Source: a virus
Length of the DNA stretch: 64,000 bases
Reading direction: 5' to 3' (one strand)
Virus record (IMG/VR): IMGVR_UViG_3300032897_000001
Coordinates: 1 to 64,000 of that record
Shown: positions 20,169 through 29,500 of the stretch, piece after piece
Position numbering within the stretch: the stretch's first letter is position 1
Layout of the letters: each line of letters begins with the position of its first letter
Notes under the pieces: generated by a model
What the model was told of the DNA's origin: nothing
The model's database searches: none
What the model saw: only the letters and a program-made list of their open reading frames with translations
Position numbers and translations under genes: made by a program

Positions 20169-20987
20169 ATGGCAAAAAAAGCAGAACTAACAACCGTGAT
20201 CTTTGATGAAATCAAGACGCGGCGGGTTATTGCCCACATCGTGGGCACAAGTCCACTAATCATGCACCGATTCGCGTTCAAGGCATGGCAGGAACTGCTT
20301 TGTCCGTCGCCGCGGAAGAACGCCGCGGAGCGTGCACAGACGCTTAAGCACAACCCACTGGAGGAATATCGCGGCTGTTTTTACAGGAATCGCAATCCCA
20401 ACGCACCAGCACTATTTCATTTGCCAAATGGAATGCCACATCAGAGCATTGCGGCTGCGGCGCTTGATATTCCGGGAACAACGCGCGCGGCCATGGAAAG
20501 GTGGACGCAAGTCGTTGACATTAATATTGATCTTTATGGCGTTCCACAATTGTTCATGGCAATGGTCAGGAACAGCGACATGAACAGAACACCGGACGTT
20601 CGCACGCGCCCAATTTTCCCGCGATGGGCATGCAAGCTGGAAATTGAGTACAAGCAGAACCCGCTGACAGATCAGAACGTCCTCAATTTGATTGCTGCGG
20701 CGGGTCTGATCGTTGGTTTTGGCGATTGGAGACCGCAAAAAGGTGGTCCTTATGGAAAATACCGCCTTGCTGAAGCACGCGATACTGAGTTCTTGGATAT
20801 CGTCAAGCGAGAGGCACGCGCACCGCAACAAGCAGCATACGATCAGCCGGCATACTATGACGATGACACGGCGGATTTGATGCTGTGGTTCACAGAGGAA
20901 ATGGCACGTCGTCGGCAGGATGACCCGGAAAGCCCGGGCAACTCGTTTGACGATGGTATCGAAATCGCTCCGGGCGGTTTGCAGTAA
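20169..20987 (+). CDS. Stand-alone Cas7-like/RAMP-fold RNA-binding protein
   Basis: N-terminal strand IAHIVGTSPLIMH, HLPNGMPHQSIAAAA helix, VRTRPIFPRW region and C-terminal glycine-rich loop AGLIVGFGDWRPQKGGPYGKY, in the order seen in RAMP proteins. No other cas genes nearby. Confidence 0.75.
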   Translation: MAKKAELTTVIFDEIKTRRVIAHIVGTSPLIMHRFAFKAWQELLCPSPRKNAAERAQTLKHNPLEEYRGCFYRNRNPNAPALFHLPNGMPHQSIAAAALDIPGTTRAAMERWTQVVDINIDLYGVPQLFMAMVRNSDMNRTPDVRTRPIFPRWACKLEIEYKQNPLTDQNVLNLIAAAGLIVGFGDWRPQKGGPYGKYRLAEARDTEFLDIVKREARAPQQAAYDQPAYYDDDTADLMLWFTEEMARRRQDDPESPGNSFDDGIEIAPGGLQ

Positions 20988-21046
20988 CACCATTTACGAA
21001 AATGCTTCCCATGGTGCTTGTGTTTTGCGTTCGCCGTGGGAAGTCA

Positions 21047-21370
21047 GGCAAGGTTAGGCAGGCGGGGTCCGGTTGGGTCCGATATGGCTGGGTAATGTGG
21101 GGCACGGCATGGTGGGGCAGGCAGGGCTGGGTGAGCATTGGCAAGGCTGGGTCCGACATGGCAAGGCAGGCATGGTGCGGCAGGTTTCGGCAGGGCATGA
21201 TAAGTCTTGGCAAGGCAGGCGGGTTCTGGTGGGGTGGTTCACGGCGGGTTTCGGCTAGACGTGGCAGGCGGGGCATGCTCGGGTAGGGTAGGGCAAGATG
21301 CGGCATGACATGGCAAGGCAGGCTTGGTGCGGCTAGATCGGGCATGATCTGGCAAGGCGTGTAACGGCAA
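21047..21370 (+). repeat. GGY-NN pentamer array B: 6 units of 11, 9, 9, 9, 10 and 8 pentamers
   Basis: GGCA punctuators at 21057, 21116, 21165, 21214, 21263 and 21317, preceded by a hairpin at 21005-21043. Confidence 0.92.
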
Positions 21371-21385
21371 AATCGGGGAAAACAA

Positions 21386-21904
21386 ATGGCAGTGAGTCAA
21401 GAGGATCTACAGAAAGCAATTGATGAAATCGCCGAAAAAGGAGGGCTGTCCAGTAAAGCTGTAACAACACGCATGGTCGTGGATGCGGCAAGGAACGAAA
21501 ATCACATTCTACACGATGAGTTTGATTGGAACGACGCTTCGGCAGCCGACAAACACAGGCTGGCCGTTGCAGCCAGCCTGATCCGAAAATATCAGTATGT
21601 TGGTTTTGACGTGAAACGAGAGCCTATCGTTGCGCGGGGTTATGTCTACAGTCCGCCATCCCGGGCATATGTGCCGCTCTCGCGCACGATACAGGATGCA
21701 AAACGTTCTCACGCGCTCTTGCTAAGCGAAATTTCCGCCATCACTGGCCGGGTTCGAAGTGCACAGAGGATCGCGGATGTTCTATTCATGCGGCAAGAAC
21801 TTGATCGGGCGTTGCACAACGTGATTGATGAGTTGCTGTTTGAAATTCCGGCGCCCGGTGCGGTGCGGAAAGTGGTGGGTGTTGAAGAGGGGGATGAGGA
21901 ATAG
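21386..21904 (+). CDS. Conserved phage protein between pentamer arrays B and C (candidate accessory factor)
   Basis: GGGGA RBS; motif VVDAARNENHILHDEFDWNDASAADKHRL...LIR. Confidence 0.75.
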   Translation: MAVSQEDLQKAIDEIAEKGGLSSKAVTTRMVVDAARNENHILHDEFDWNDASAADKHRLAVAASLIRKYQYVGFDVKREPIVARGYVYSPPSRAYVPLSRTIQDAKRSHALLLSEISAITGRVRSAQRIADVLFMRQELDRALHNVIDELLFEIPAPGAVRKVVGVEEGDEE

Positions 21905-22054
21905 GCATGGCAGGTGTGGCATGGCCGGGCGTGTTATGGTCCGGTGTGATATGGCAGGCATGGCAAGGCGGGACAGGATAAGGCGGGGTATGGCAGGCAT
22001 GGCCTGATTGGGCATGGTGAGGTGGGGCGGGATGGGGTATGGCAGGCGGGGTTT
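21904..22054 (+). repeat. GGY-NN pentamer array C: 3 units of 8, 7 and 9 pentamers
   Basis: GGCA punctuators at 21909, 21953, 21992 and 22041. Confidence 0.9.
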
Positions 22055-22565
22055 TACACAGTAAAACTGTATTTCACAATTGTCTGGAGACAATCATGGA
22101 AGAAGTTTGGACTCAAATCGGTGACGGCCCATTGAAAAAGGTGGGAGCACTTCGGCAAAACATGCGGAAACCGTTTTCCGTATGGTTGGCACATCACGGT
22201 GTGCGCATTGAAAGTGTTGAAAAAATCTTCTGGTCTGAGTCAATCAAGGCGTATATCGTCAAGATTGACCATCCCCCACAGCACAGCGTGTCCCCAGGGA
22301 GACATTGAAAATGGCTATCTCACAAAAAGCGTTCATGATCGCCCTGGGTGTTGCCGCGGCAACTGCAGGCTATATTGCAGGCACGGCACAGAGCGATATA
22401 GTCAGCGGATTCCGCCATAGCCGGTCTCGCGGGGATATCAGCGATGATGCGCGTGAAATGCCTGTTGCACCGCGGCAACCTTCTCGCAGTGTGAAATGCA
22501 CAGGCAGTATGTTTAATCAACATCCCAATTGTGGCCCCATGCGTCCGGGACCGTGGGATTAACAG

Positions 22566-22937
22566 ATGATCCGGTGTAACGGGCAACTGTTTATTAATCG
22601 TAAAACAGGTGTTGTCCGGAGCGGGGAATCTGTGGTCTGCTTTAAGCCGGCAGGTATCAGATTCAAAGTGTTCTGTCATTTGGTAATGGGACCACACATT
22701 ACAGCAGAACAGTTGTTCTGTAAGATCTACTCTGACAGAGAAGACGGCGGACCGTTAGCAGGACACAGCATAATCAATGTACACATCTCACAATTGAGAC
22801 CCGTCTTTGCTAAACTGAACTTGACACTAGGCCATTTATACGGTCCGCCGTGTAAATGGTGGTTGGAAATCAAACAAGCGGGAGAAACGAAATGGCAAGA
22901 ACACCTAGACAGCGAAAACTGGGAGACAGTGACGTGA
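22566..22937 (+). CDS. Winged-helix (OmpR C-terminal-like) DNA-binding protein
   Basis: KIYSDREDGGP...IINVHISQLR motif. Confidence 0.6.
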   Translation: MIRCNGQLFINRKTGVVRSGESVVCFKPAGIRFKVFCHLVMGPHITAEQLFCKIYSDREDGGPLAGHSIINVHISQLRPVFAKLNLTLGHLYGPPCKWWLEIKQAGETKWQEHLDSENWETVT

Positions 22938-24109
22938 TCATCACCGAAACCGCTACTGATGCTTTTGTTGATACCATCACGGAACATGAGACTGCGGAGA
23001 TATCTGCGGGAACACAGGTGATGGTCGCGCCGGAAACCGCGCCCTTGGCTATTGTGGATGACAATACCGCGGCGAATGCCGTTGATTTTTTCGACGACTT
23101 GGAGCAGATTTCCGAAGGCCGCGGTGTGTCCCGTGCCGCGGAAGACATCATCATCCCCAGTCTGTATGTGCTGCAGGGACTGTCTCCACAGGTGGACCCG
23201 CAGAATCCTGCCTATATCGAAGGTGCCCGGCCCGGAGATATCTGGTTGAAGAATTTTCGCACACCTGTAGTGCGCGGCAATGTCGGGTTCCTCTTCCAGC
23301 TTTGTGGGTTCTACACGGACTGGTTTGAGTGGATTCCGCGCACGCGTGGCGGTGGCTTTGTCGCCGTGCATCCGTCTGTTGTTCCTGTGAGGAACAACCA
23401 GGGGCGTGTTGTTGCACTGCGCACGCCTGATGGCACCATGGCAAAGGAAATGCCTGATCCGCGTGATCCAACCGGAAAGAAGAAGTTTTGGCAAACACCG
23501 GGTGATAATGAGTTGTCGGAGATGAGACATCACATCGGTTTCATTATGGACAAGAACGGTACGTTCTTTCCCTATGCAATGAACCTGACTTCCACTGGGC
23601 ACACTGCCTCGAAACAGCTTATGGCCACCTTGGGCGTGCAGTTTCTGCCCAATGGGCGCCCGCTGGATAGCTACGCGAAGCTGTACAAGTTCACGACGTT
23701 CCAGCGGGAACGCAATGGGAAAAAGTGGTATTCGTTCCAGCATGCGGATGCGACTTTGGCGGACATCGTTCCCGGCACCTATTATATTGACGATACCGGG
23801 CGGGTGATCGAAACACGTAACGGTGAACTCGTGAAGATTGCCGCCGATAAGTCGTGGGTACAGCGTGACAGCACGGTGCCCGAATATCACACGCGGTTGC
23901 GGACAGGGCTCTATGTGGACGCAGTAGGCATTACCCGGGGTAAGATGCTATTTGACGCCATCAATGGTGGGCGCCGTGTTGAAGTTGATGCTGAGGGCGT
24001 ATCCGGCGCCAATGAAGAGCAGTTGGCGGAGAATGTTCGTCAATCCAACAACAATGCGCCGGGTTACGAAGATGGTGATCCGGGGTACGACATGGATGTG
24101 CCGTTTTAA
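22892..24109 (+). CDS. Putative phage ssDNA-binding/annealing protein
   Basis: IIPSLYVLQGLSPQV...GARPGDI motif, acidic tail ending MDVPF, and location in the replication module. Confidence 0.55.
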   Translation: MARTPRQRKLGDSDVIITETATDAFVDTITEHETAEISAGTQVMVAPETAPLAIVDDNTAANAVDFFDDLEQISEGRGVSRAAEDIIIPSLYVLQGLSPQVDPQNPAYIEGARPGDIWLKNFRTPVVRGNVGFLFQLCGFYTDWFEWIPRTRGGGFVAVHPSVVPVRNNQGRVVALRTPDGTMAKEMPDPRDPTGKKKFWQTPGDNELSEMRHHIGFIMDKNGTFFPYAMNLTSTGHTASKQLMATLGVQFLPNGRPLDSYAKLYKFTTFQRERNGKKWYSFQHADATLADIVPGTYYIDDTGRVIETRNGELVKIAADKSWVQRDSTVPEYHTRLRTGLYVDAVGITRGKMLFDAINGGRRVEVDAEGVSGANEEQLAENVRQSNNNAPGYEDGDPGYDMDVPF

Positions 24110-24142
24110 CGCTGATCCTTAACACACGGCGTGCCGTGTGTT

Positions 24143-24339
24143 GTTCCCGCGGCAGGCGGAAAGCAGACGCCGCAGCAAGCAAGTGAGCCGGAATACGTGG
24201 GATAAAGGCTCTTGAGGTACGGAACCAGGACCACATTCGCGAAAGTCGCTCAAGTACCCTGCTCAACCGTGGTTGGGAAATCGCGGTTGAGTCCGTAGCT
24301 GGCTATTCCAAGCCGGGTTAGCGTCCGGCCCGCGGGAAC
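24143..24339 (+). ncRNA. Candidate ~200-nt structured non-coding RNA
   Basis: Closed by a perfect 10-bp stem gttcccgcgg/ccgcgggaac, with several internal helices. Intergenic and followed by a hairpin at 24342-24382. Strand assumed from the neighbouring genes. Confidence 0.55.
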
Positions 24340-24707
24340 CCTTTGCCATGTTTTTCAACAAAAACAGTAAAAGCATGGCAAAACCTTACACATCAACAGT
24401 TTAGCAACTGAAAGAACAACCCACATGGATGTCTTGACAGGCACCTTCTCCAATGAATCCGGAAAATGGAATTTCGACGATGATGAGGAACGCAGACGTG
24501 CCATAGAGGCGGAGGCAACAGAAAGACGTCGCATGGTCACAGCCAAACCCGAAGCAGATATCAGTCTGGCGCGCATCGCGGCGGATAAGGAAGTGCGAAT
24601 GACAGCGCTGCCTGTGGGTATAATCATACATCTTATCTGGGCACTCGCAGTAACGACAATTGGTGTCGCAGTTGCCTGTAATTGGCACAATTAAGGAGCA
24701 CGCTACC

Positions 24708-25166
24708 GTGGCACAGGACTGTGTAATTTGGGACTTGGACGGCACCCTGTTTGATACCACGCACCGTCAGCATCTTCTTCCGGACTGGAATGCGTTCTTC
24801 GTTGCATGCGTGGATGATCCGCCTATTGCACATGTGGTGCGCATTTTCGATCTGCTACATAAGGGGTATGACGAATCGGAGAGACTGTTGCCTGTCTTCG
24901 TTTCAGGACGATCAGAACAAGTCCGCGCACAAACAGAAGCATCCATTATCAAACATATTTACGAGCCTGCAGACAACCACACACTGCTTTTCATGCGTGC
25001 CCAAGGCGACCACAGGCCGGACAACCAAGTCAAGTCTGACATTCTTGACCAAATCCTGCACAGGGGTTTGAATCCTATTGTAGCATTTGATGACCGCGAT
25101 CAAGTCGTGAACATGTGGCGTTCCCGGGGAATACCATGTTTCCAGGTGGCAGAAGGAAAATTCTAA
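24708..25166 (+). CDS. HAD-family phosphatase resembling the phosphatase domain of T4 polynucleotide kinase
   Basis: WDLDGTL, VSGR, MRAQGDHRPD and FDDRDQVVNMWR motifs. Confidence 0.85.
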   Translation: MAQDCVIWDLDGTLFDTTHRQHLLPDWNAFFVACVDDPPIAHVVRIFDLLHKGYDESERLLPVFVSGRSEQVRAQTEASIIKHIYEPADNHTLLFMRAQGDHRPDNQVKSDILDQILHRGLNPIVAFDDRDQVVNMWRSRGIPCFQVAEGKF

Positions 25167-25616
25167 TGGCAATAAACAGAATTGAAAAACCTTCTCTCGA
25201 AACGATAGCTGAACGCGTGGCGATTCGAGTCCTGGGGGATCTTAGATCCAAGCGTGTCAAGACTGCTGACGCCAATGTGATCAAACATGCAGTTGAAGCG
25301 GACAGAGACTGTCCGACCGATGGTGCTGCACGCGGCTTGCTGATAGCAATGGTGAATACAAATATTGTCCGCAAGGCAGTAGACAATTATAAACGGCAAG
25401 ACAGTGCACAAGACAGTGCAAAGGAGTAACACGTTTGAGCTTAGAGCAGCGTATCAAGGACGTGCTTTCACCCACTAAATGGTGGGTGACCGGCACGATA
25501 GCGGCTTCTGTGGATTGTTCCATATTGGAAGCACATCATGCTTTGATTGCCCTGGAGCACAAACAAGTTGCAGTAGGGCAGCGCACCGATACAGGGCACA
25601 TGGAATGGAAGTTACG

Positions 25617-26222
25617 ATGAGTGACGGTGCTGTACACTGCATGTTGGATCTGGAAACGTGGGGCCAGCACACGGGATGTGCTATCCGCTCCATAGGTGCG
25701 GTTATTTTTGATCTTGAAGAGGATGGTGTTCCGGACAAGCCCGAAAACCGATTCTATGCCAATATCCGTGATCGGTCCTGTTGGCATGCCGGGCTGCATG
25801 TGAACAGAGATACCGCAGCATGGTGGGGCTGCCAATCGAAAGAGGCACAAGACGTTTTCGCGCAAAATCCCCAGGAACTCGGGGATGTTGTTCGCGCGTT
25901 CAATTCGTGGTTCCACGATAACCGTGTTAAGTATGTCTGGGCACAGGGTGCCAACTTCGATCCGCCCCTGTGGGAAGCCGCATCCCGTGCAATAGGCTCG
26001 GAACCTCCCTGGAAGTTTTACTTGGTGCGCGACACACGCACTGTGTATTATTTGGCTGATTTGGACCCTAGATCAATTACCCGGGCAGGTGTTTTTCATA
26101 ACGCGCTTGATGACGCTGTGCATCAAGTCCATTGCGTTCAGGCTGCTTATCGCATAATCAAGACGCGATCAGGTGACGCACAGGATGCTTTGATCAGTCA
26201 AGGACAAAAAACAAATGAGTGA
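25617..26222 (+). CDS. DEDDh 3'-5' exonuclease (Rv2179c/DUF5051-like)
   Basis: MLDLETWG, GANFD, RDTRT and HNALDDA motifs. Confidence 0.85.
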   Translation: MSDGAVHCMLDLETWGQHTGCAIRSIGAVIFDLEEDGVPDKPENRFYANIRDRSCWHAGLHVNRDTAAWWGCQSKEAQDVFAQNPQELGDVVRAFNSWFHDNRVKYVWAQGANFDPPLWEAASRAIGSEPPWKFYLVRDTRTVYYLADLDPRSITRAGVFHNALDDAVHQVHCVQAAYRIIKTRSGDAQDALISQGQKTNE

Positions 26223-27243
26223 AACAGAACTTCAAGAGTTGCTGGAAGAACACAACGAACTAGCACGGATCGCCGCAGAACTCGGATGCGATCACCATGA
26301 GCGCACGCACGCGTTTGAGCACCGTGAAGCCGCAATCGCGGAACTGAATGTCCTTGACAAGTCTCTTTATGAGGCGGTTTCCAAGATCTTGGACACATCT
26401 CCGCATATCAACGAGACAGAAGGACTTTCCGCGCCTCAGCTTTTGACGCTTTACGAAAATCTGCGTGCAGAAGCCGTTAACTTGGGCATTGATTGCCCGG
26501 TCATTGATACGCTTGTGGATCGGGATGACGGACTTTGGCACTGCCAACTTACCCGCGCACGTATTATTCATAAGCTTGTCGCAACAGAGATTGCGGCGAC
26601 TGCCGAATTCAATGCAAATGGTCCCGTGGCACAGACTATGGATGATAATCTGTGGCCGCCTCCATTTGAAGAATCTGCTGTTACCCCTGTAACCTATGAA
26701 TCCGGGCAGGAATCGCCACAGCGTGTGTGGGATGATGACGGATCTGTATCCGTTGTGCACACTCCTGATGAGGAAGAAAAACTTACCGAGGAACAGGAAG
26801 AAGAACTTCTAAAGGGTGTGGAACACGTCGCTACAAGTGCACCGCCAAAGAAGCCGGGCAAGCCACGTGGCAGGCCACGCAAGAACCCCGTAGAAGCAGT
26901 GCAAGCTACTACAGACAATGTTCCCCGGAAACGTGGCAGGCCGCTTGGTTCACGCAACAAAAAGGCTGCGGACAGCACAGAGAACCCACGTAAACTGTTG
27001 GGACAACAGGAACCGGTTAAGGTATCCAAGCGGCTTGGCAGGCCGCGTAAGAGCAACGGCACAGAAACCAAGACTCAGCGGGCTGTTGCTTTGATGAAGC
27101 GTGAAGGTGGTGCAACATATGCCGAAATCCTGGCAGAAACCGGGTGGACGGCTGTTTCTATCCCAGGGCTTGCTCGTAAGCAGGGAGTACAATTGCGTAT
27201 GGTAAAGGATCTGGGTTCTGTAACCGTTTACTATGCGTCCTGA
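26215..27243 (+). CDS. DNA-binding protein with AT-hook-like motifs and a C-terminal DUF3489-like wHTH
   Basis: KPRGRPRK, RKRGRP and LGRPRK; TKTQRAVALMKREGGATYAEILAETGW. Confidence 0.65.
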   Translation: MSETELQELLEEHNELARIAAELGCDHHERTHAFEHREAAIAELNVLDKSLYEAVSKILDTSPHINETEGLSAPQLLTLYENLRAEAVNLGIDCPVIDTLVDRDDGLWHCQLTRARIIHKLVATEIAATAEFNANGPVAQTMDDNLWPPPFEESAVTPVTYESGQESPQRVWDDDGSVSVVHTPDEEEKLTEEQEEELLKGVEHVATSAPPKKPGKPRGRPRKNPVEAVQATTDNVPRKRGRPLGSRNKKAADSTENPRKLLGQQEPVKVSKRLGRPRKSNGTETKTQRAVALMKREGGATYAEILAETGWTAVSIPGLARKQGVQLRMVKDLGSVTVYYAS

Positions 27244-27411
27244 TCCGACATATATTGTAGCGGCGCGCCACTGCCCTTCTGGGGAAGTTCACGAGTGGCG
27301 CACCGTTAACGAGCATGCTGCAAATTTGCTTTGCGGCATGCTCAAACGCAAGGAAAAACACGGCTATCCTTCGGACTACGTTGACATATCGTTGCGGCGG
27401 GAGAGTATAGA

Positions 27412-28569
27412 ATGCGATTCATGGCACAGCGGGGAGACATCCTTACCGCCCTGACACGTGTGGCCCGGGCAGTAGACGCCCGGGCAGACAAGGGGATGTT
27501 GCCTATCATGGGGAATGTCCTGATAACTCCCGATGAAGCGCGATCCTCAATAACGTTCACGGGAACGAATCTAAATGTAGAGGTTCGAGTTGAATCGGCC
27601 ATACAGGGGCTTCAACAGCCGGTCGAGATAGCGGCACCAGCGCACATCCTTTATGAGATTGTCCGCAGATTGCCGGATGGTGCGCGTATCGGCGCCGAAA
27701 CAGACGGCAACAAATTGGTCTTGCGTGCAGGACGCGCAAAGTTCTCCATGCAAATCCTGAATTGGCAGGATTTTCCGTTCTTGGGCAGCAAGGTTTCCGC
27801 GGAAAACTCCGCGCGGTTTGCTGTGAAAAGCGGAGAGTTTTGTAAGTTGTTGCGCACCGCGACATTTGCCGCGACGGACGATTCCCGCACCTTTCTCACA
27901 GGTGTCTATGTGCATGTCCCACGGGGACACATAGACGTGTTGCGGGCTGTGTCCACAGATGGACATCGTTTCATTCAGCAGGATGTTGGCATATACGATC
28001 CAGCATCAACGCACAGTTATAGTCCGGTATCCATACCGGGCTTTATCGTCCCCCGCAGAACAGCGGAGGAAGTGGCGGGACTTGCAAAAGATTTTGAAGG
28101 CATAGTGACGGTAGAAGTAACCCGCACATTGGTACGGTTCATGATCGGTGACACACGTATAACATCAAGGCTGGTTGACGGCACATTCCCTGAATATACG
28201 CGGATTATCCCACTGGGAAATGACAGGGTTATTGATGTAGATCGGTTGGCACTACGTGCAGCGCTGTCACGTGTTACAGCCGTGGCCGCAGAAGATGGTC
28301 AAGGCATTAAGACAGAAATAACAAATGACTTGCTGCGGCTGTCCGTGACATCGCAAACCGGCTGTAGTGCAACTGAAGAAATACCGGTTGAATATGACGA
28401 TGAATCCGTCATCCTTGGAATCAATTCACGATATCTTGGAGAGGTTTTGGACAATATCGGTGGGGAATTGGTGACACTGCGTCTGGAGGGTCCGCGGTCT
28501 CCGATTCTGGTTTCCAACAAAGACGACGCATCCACGTTGGCCGTGGTAATGCCAATGCAGCTTTCCTAA
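27412..28569 (+). CDS. dnaN: DNA polymerase III beta sliding clamp
   Basis: 385 aa; LPIMGNVLI, GTNL, AVSTDGHR, LVDGTFPEY and a C-terminal VVMPM. Confidence 0.93.
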   Translation: MRFMAQRGDILTALTRVARAVDARADKGMLPIMGNVLITPDEARSSITFTGTNLNVEVRVESAIQGLQQPVEIAAPAHILYEIVRRLPDGARIGAETDGNKLVLRAGRAKFSMQILNWQDFPFLGSKVSAENSARFAVKSGEFCKLLRTATFAATDDSRTFLTGVYVHVPRGHIDVLRAVSTDGHRFIQQDVGIYDPASTHSYSPVSIPGFIVPRRTAEEVAGLAKDFEGIVTVEVTRTLVRFMIGDTRITSRLVDGTFPEYTRIIPLGNDRVIDVDRLALRAALSRVTAVAAEDGQGIKTEITNDLLRLSVTSQTGCSATEEIPVEYDDESVILGINSRYLGEVLDNIGGELVTLRLEGPRSPILVSNKDDASTLAVVMPMQLS

Positions 28570-28582
28570 AGAGACGGGGACA

Positions 28583-29500
28583 ATGATCTATATGGGTTCG
28601 AAGGCGAGATATGCCGAAGAAATCATTGCTATTGCAACAGCGCACAGGAAGCCAAACCAGCCTTGGGTGGAACCATTTGTCGGCGGCGGCAACATAATAT
28701 GCCGTGTTCCCGCGCAACAGGGTCCACGTATTGGCGGGGATGTCAATTGGCGTATGATCGAACTATTAGACGCGATCGGTAATCAAGGCTGGGTGCCTCC
28801 CGAGAATGTGACGGAAGAACAGTACAAACATATCAAGGAAAATCCTGATTCGTATCCCCCGGAACTGGTGGCGTTCGTCGCGACGGCGGTTTCATTCGGT
28901 GCAAAATGGTTCGCAGGATACGCGCGCGGATCTGTAGATTATGCCGCCAATGGCGCTAAACAGGCTCTCCGAGAGGCGCCGCTTTTGCACGGTGCGAAGT
29001 TCGTTTATGCCCGATACGATGAACTTAGTATCCCACGGGATTCCATCATATACTGTGATCCTCCCTACACAGGAACTACAGGCTATGGCGGAGCCAAGAC
29101 GGATATCGATATAGGAGATGATCTAGCACTTAACACGTGGAACCGTGCCGCCTTTTGGCGGTGGGCAGATAAGATGGTGGCTGCGGGACACGACGTGTTC
29201 GTGTCGGAATACACGGGACCGCCTGCCAGCATCTATAAACCGTCTGCGGAACTTAAGCGCTTGCGTGCCGAAGCGGGCGAACGATATCGTATTGTGCAGA
29301 ATGACAAGTCGTCGCCCGAAGCATTACACACGGCATTCTCTGCTTTGCAGGCAATAGACGAGAGGATCAGTAAAGAAGCCGAAAAAGCAGCCGCACGGTG
29401 GGAAGTGCTGTGGCAGAAAGAAGTTGTCGGCGATTTTGATGCGCGCGGCGACAATAAACGAGAGATTGAGAAGCTTTTTCATAGGAGGGCGGGAACGTGA
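28583..29500 (+). CDS. D12-class N6-adenine DNA methyltransferase
   Basis: YMGSK, EPFVGGG and IYCDPPY motifs. Confidence 0.88.
   Translation: MIYMGSKARYAEEIIAIATAHRKPNQPWVEPFVGGGNIICRVPAQQGPRIGGDVNWRMIELLDAIGNQGWVPPENVTEEQYKHIKENPDSYPPELVAFVATAVSFGAKWFAGYARGSVDYAANGAKQALREAPLLHGAKFVYARYDELSIPRDSIIYCDPPYTGTTGYGGAKTDIDIGDDLALNTWNRAAFWRWADKMVAAGHDVFVSEYTGPPASIYKPSAELKRLRAEAGERYRIVQNDKSSPEALHTAFSALQAIDERISKEAEKAAARWEVLWQKEVVGDFDARGDNKREIEKLFHRRAGT

Noticed and set aside
20016-22054. Simple microsatellite or G-quadruplex explanation for the GG-rich tracts
   Set aside because: The variable positions are diversified, the third base is constrained to a pyrimidine, units are punctuated by GGCA, and the main tracts flank a RAMP-like gene. 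G4 formation is possible but does not explain this grammar.
20890-22093. Gly/Arg/Trp-rich and Pro-rich ORFs over the pentamer arrays (21002..21286, 20890..21345, 21782..22093)
   Set aside because: A 5-nt period with 4-nt resets is incompatible with codon structure, so these are by-products of the repeats.
22727-23890. Long antisense ORFs (also 1229..2047, 35513..36415, 38431..39264, 39319..40101)
   Set aside because: They are shadows of well-supported genes on the opposite strand in GC-rich sequence, with no recognisable motifs.
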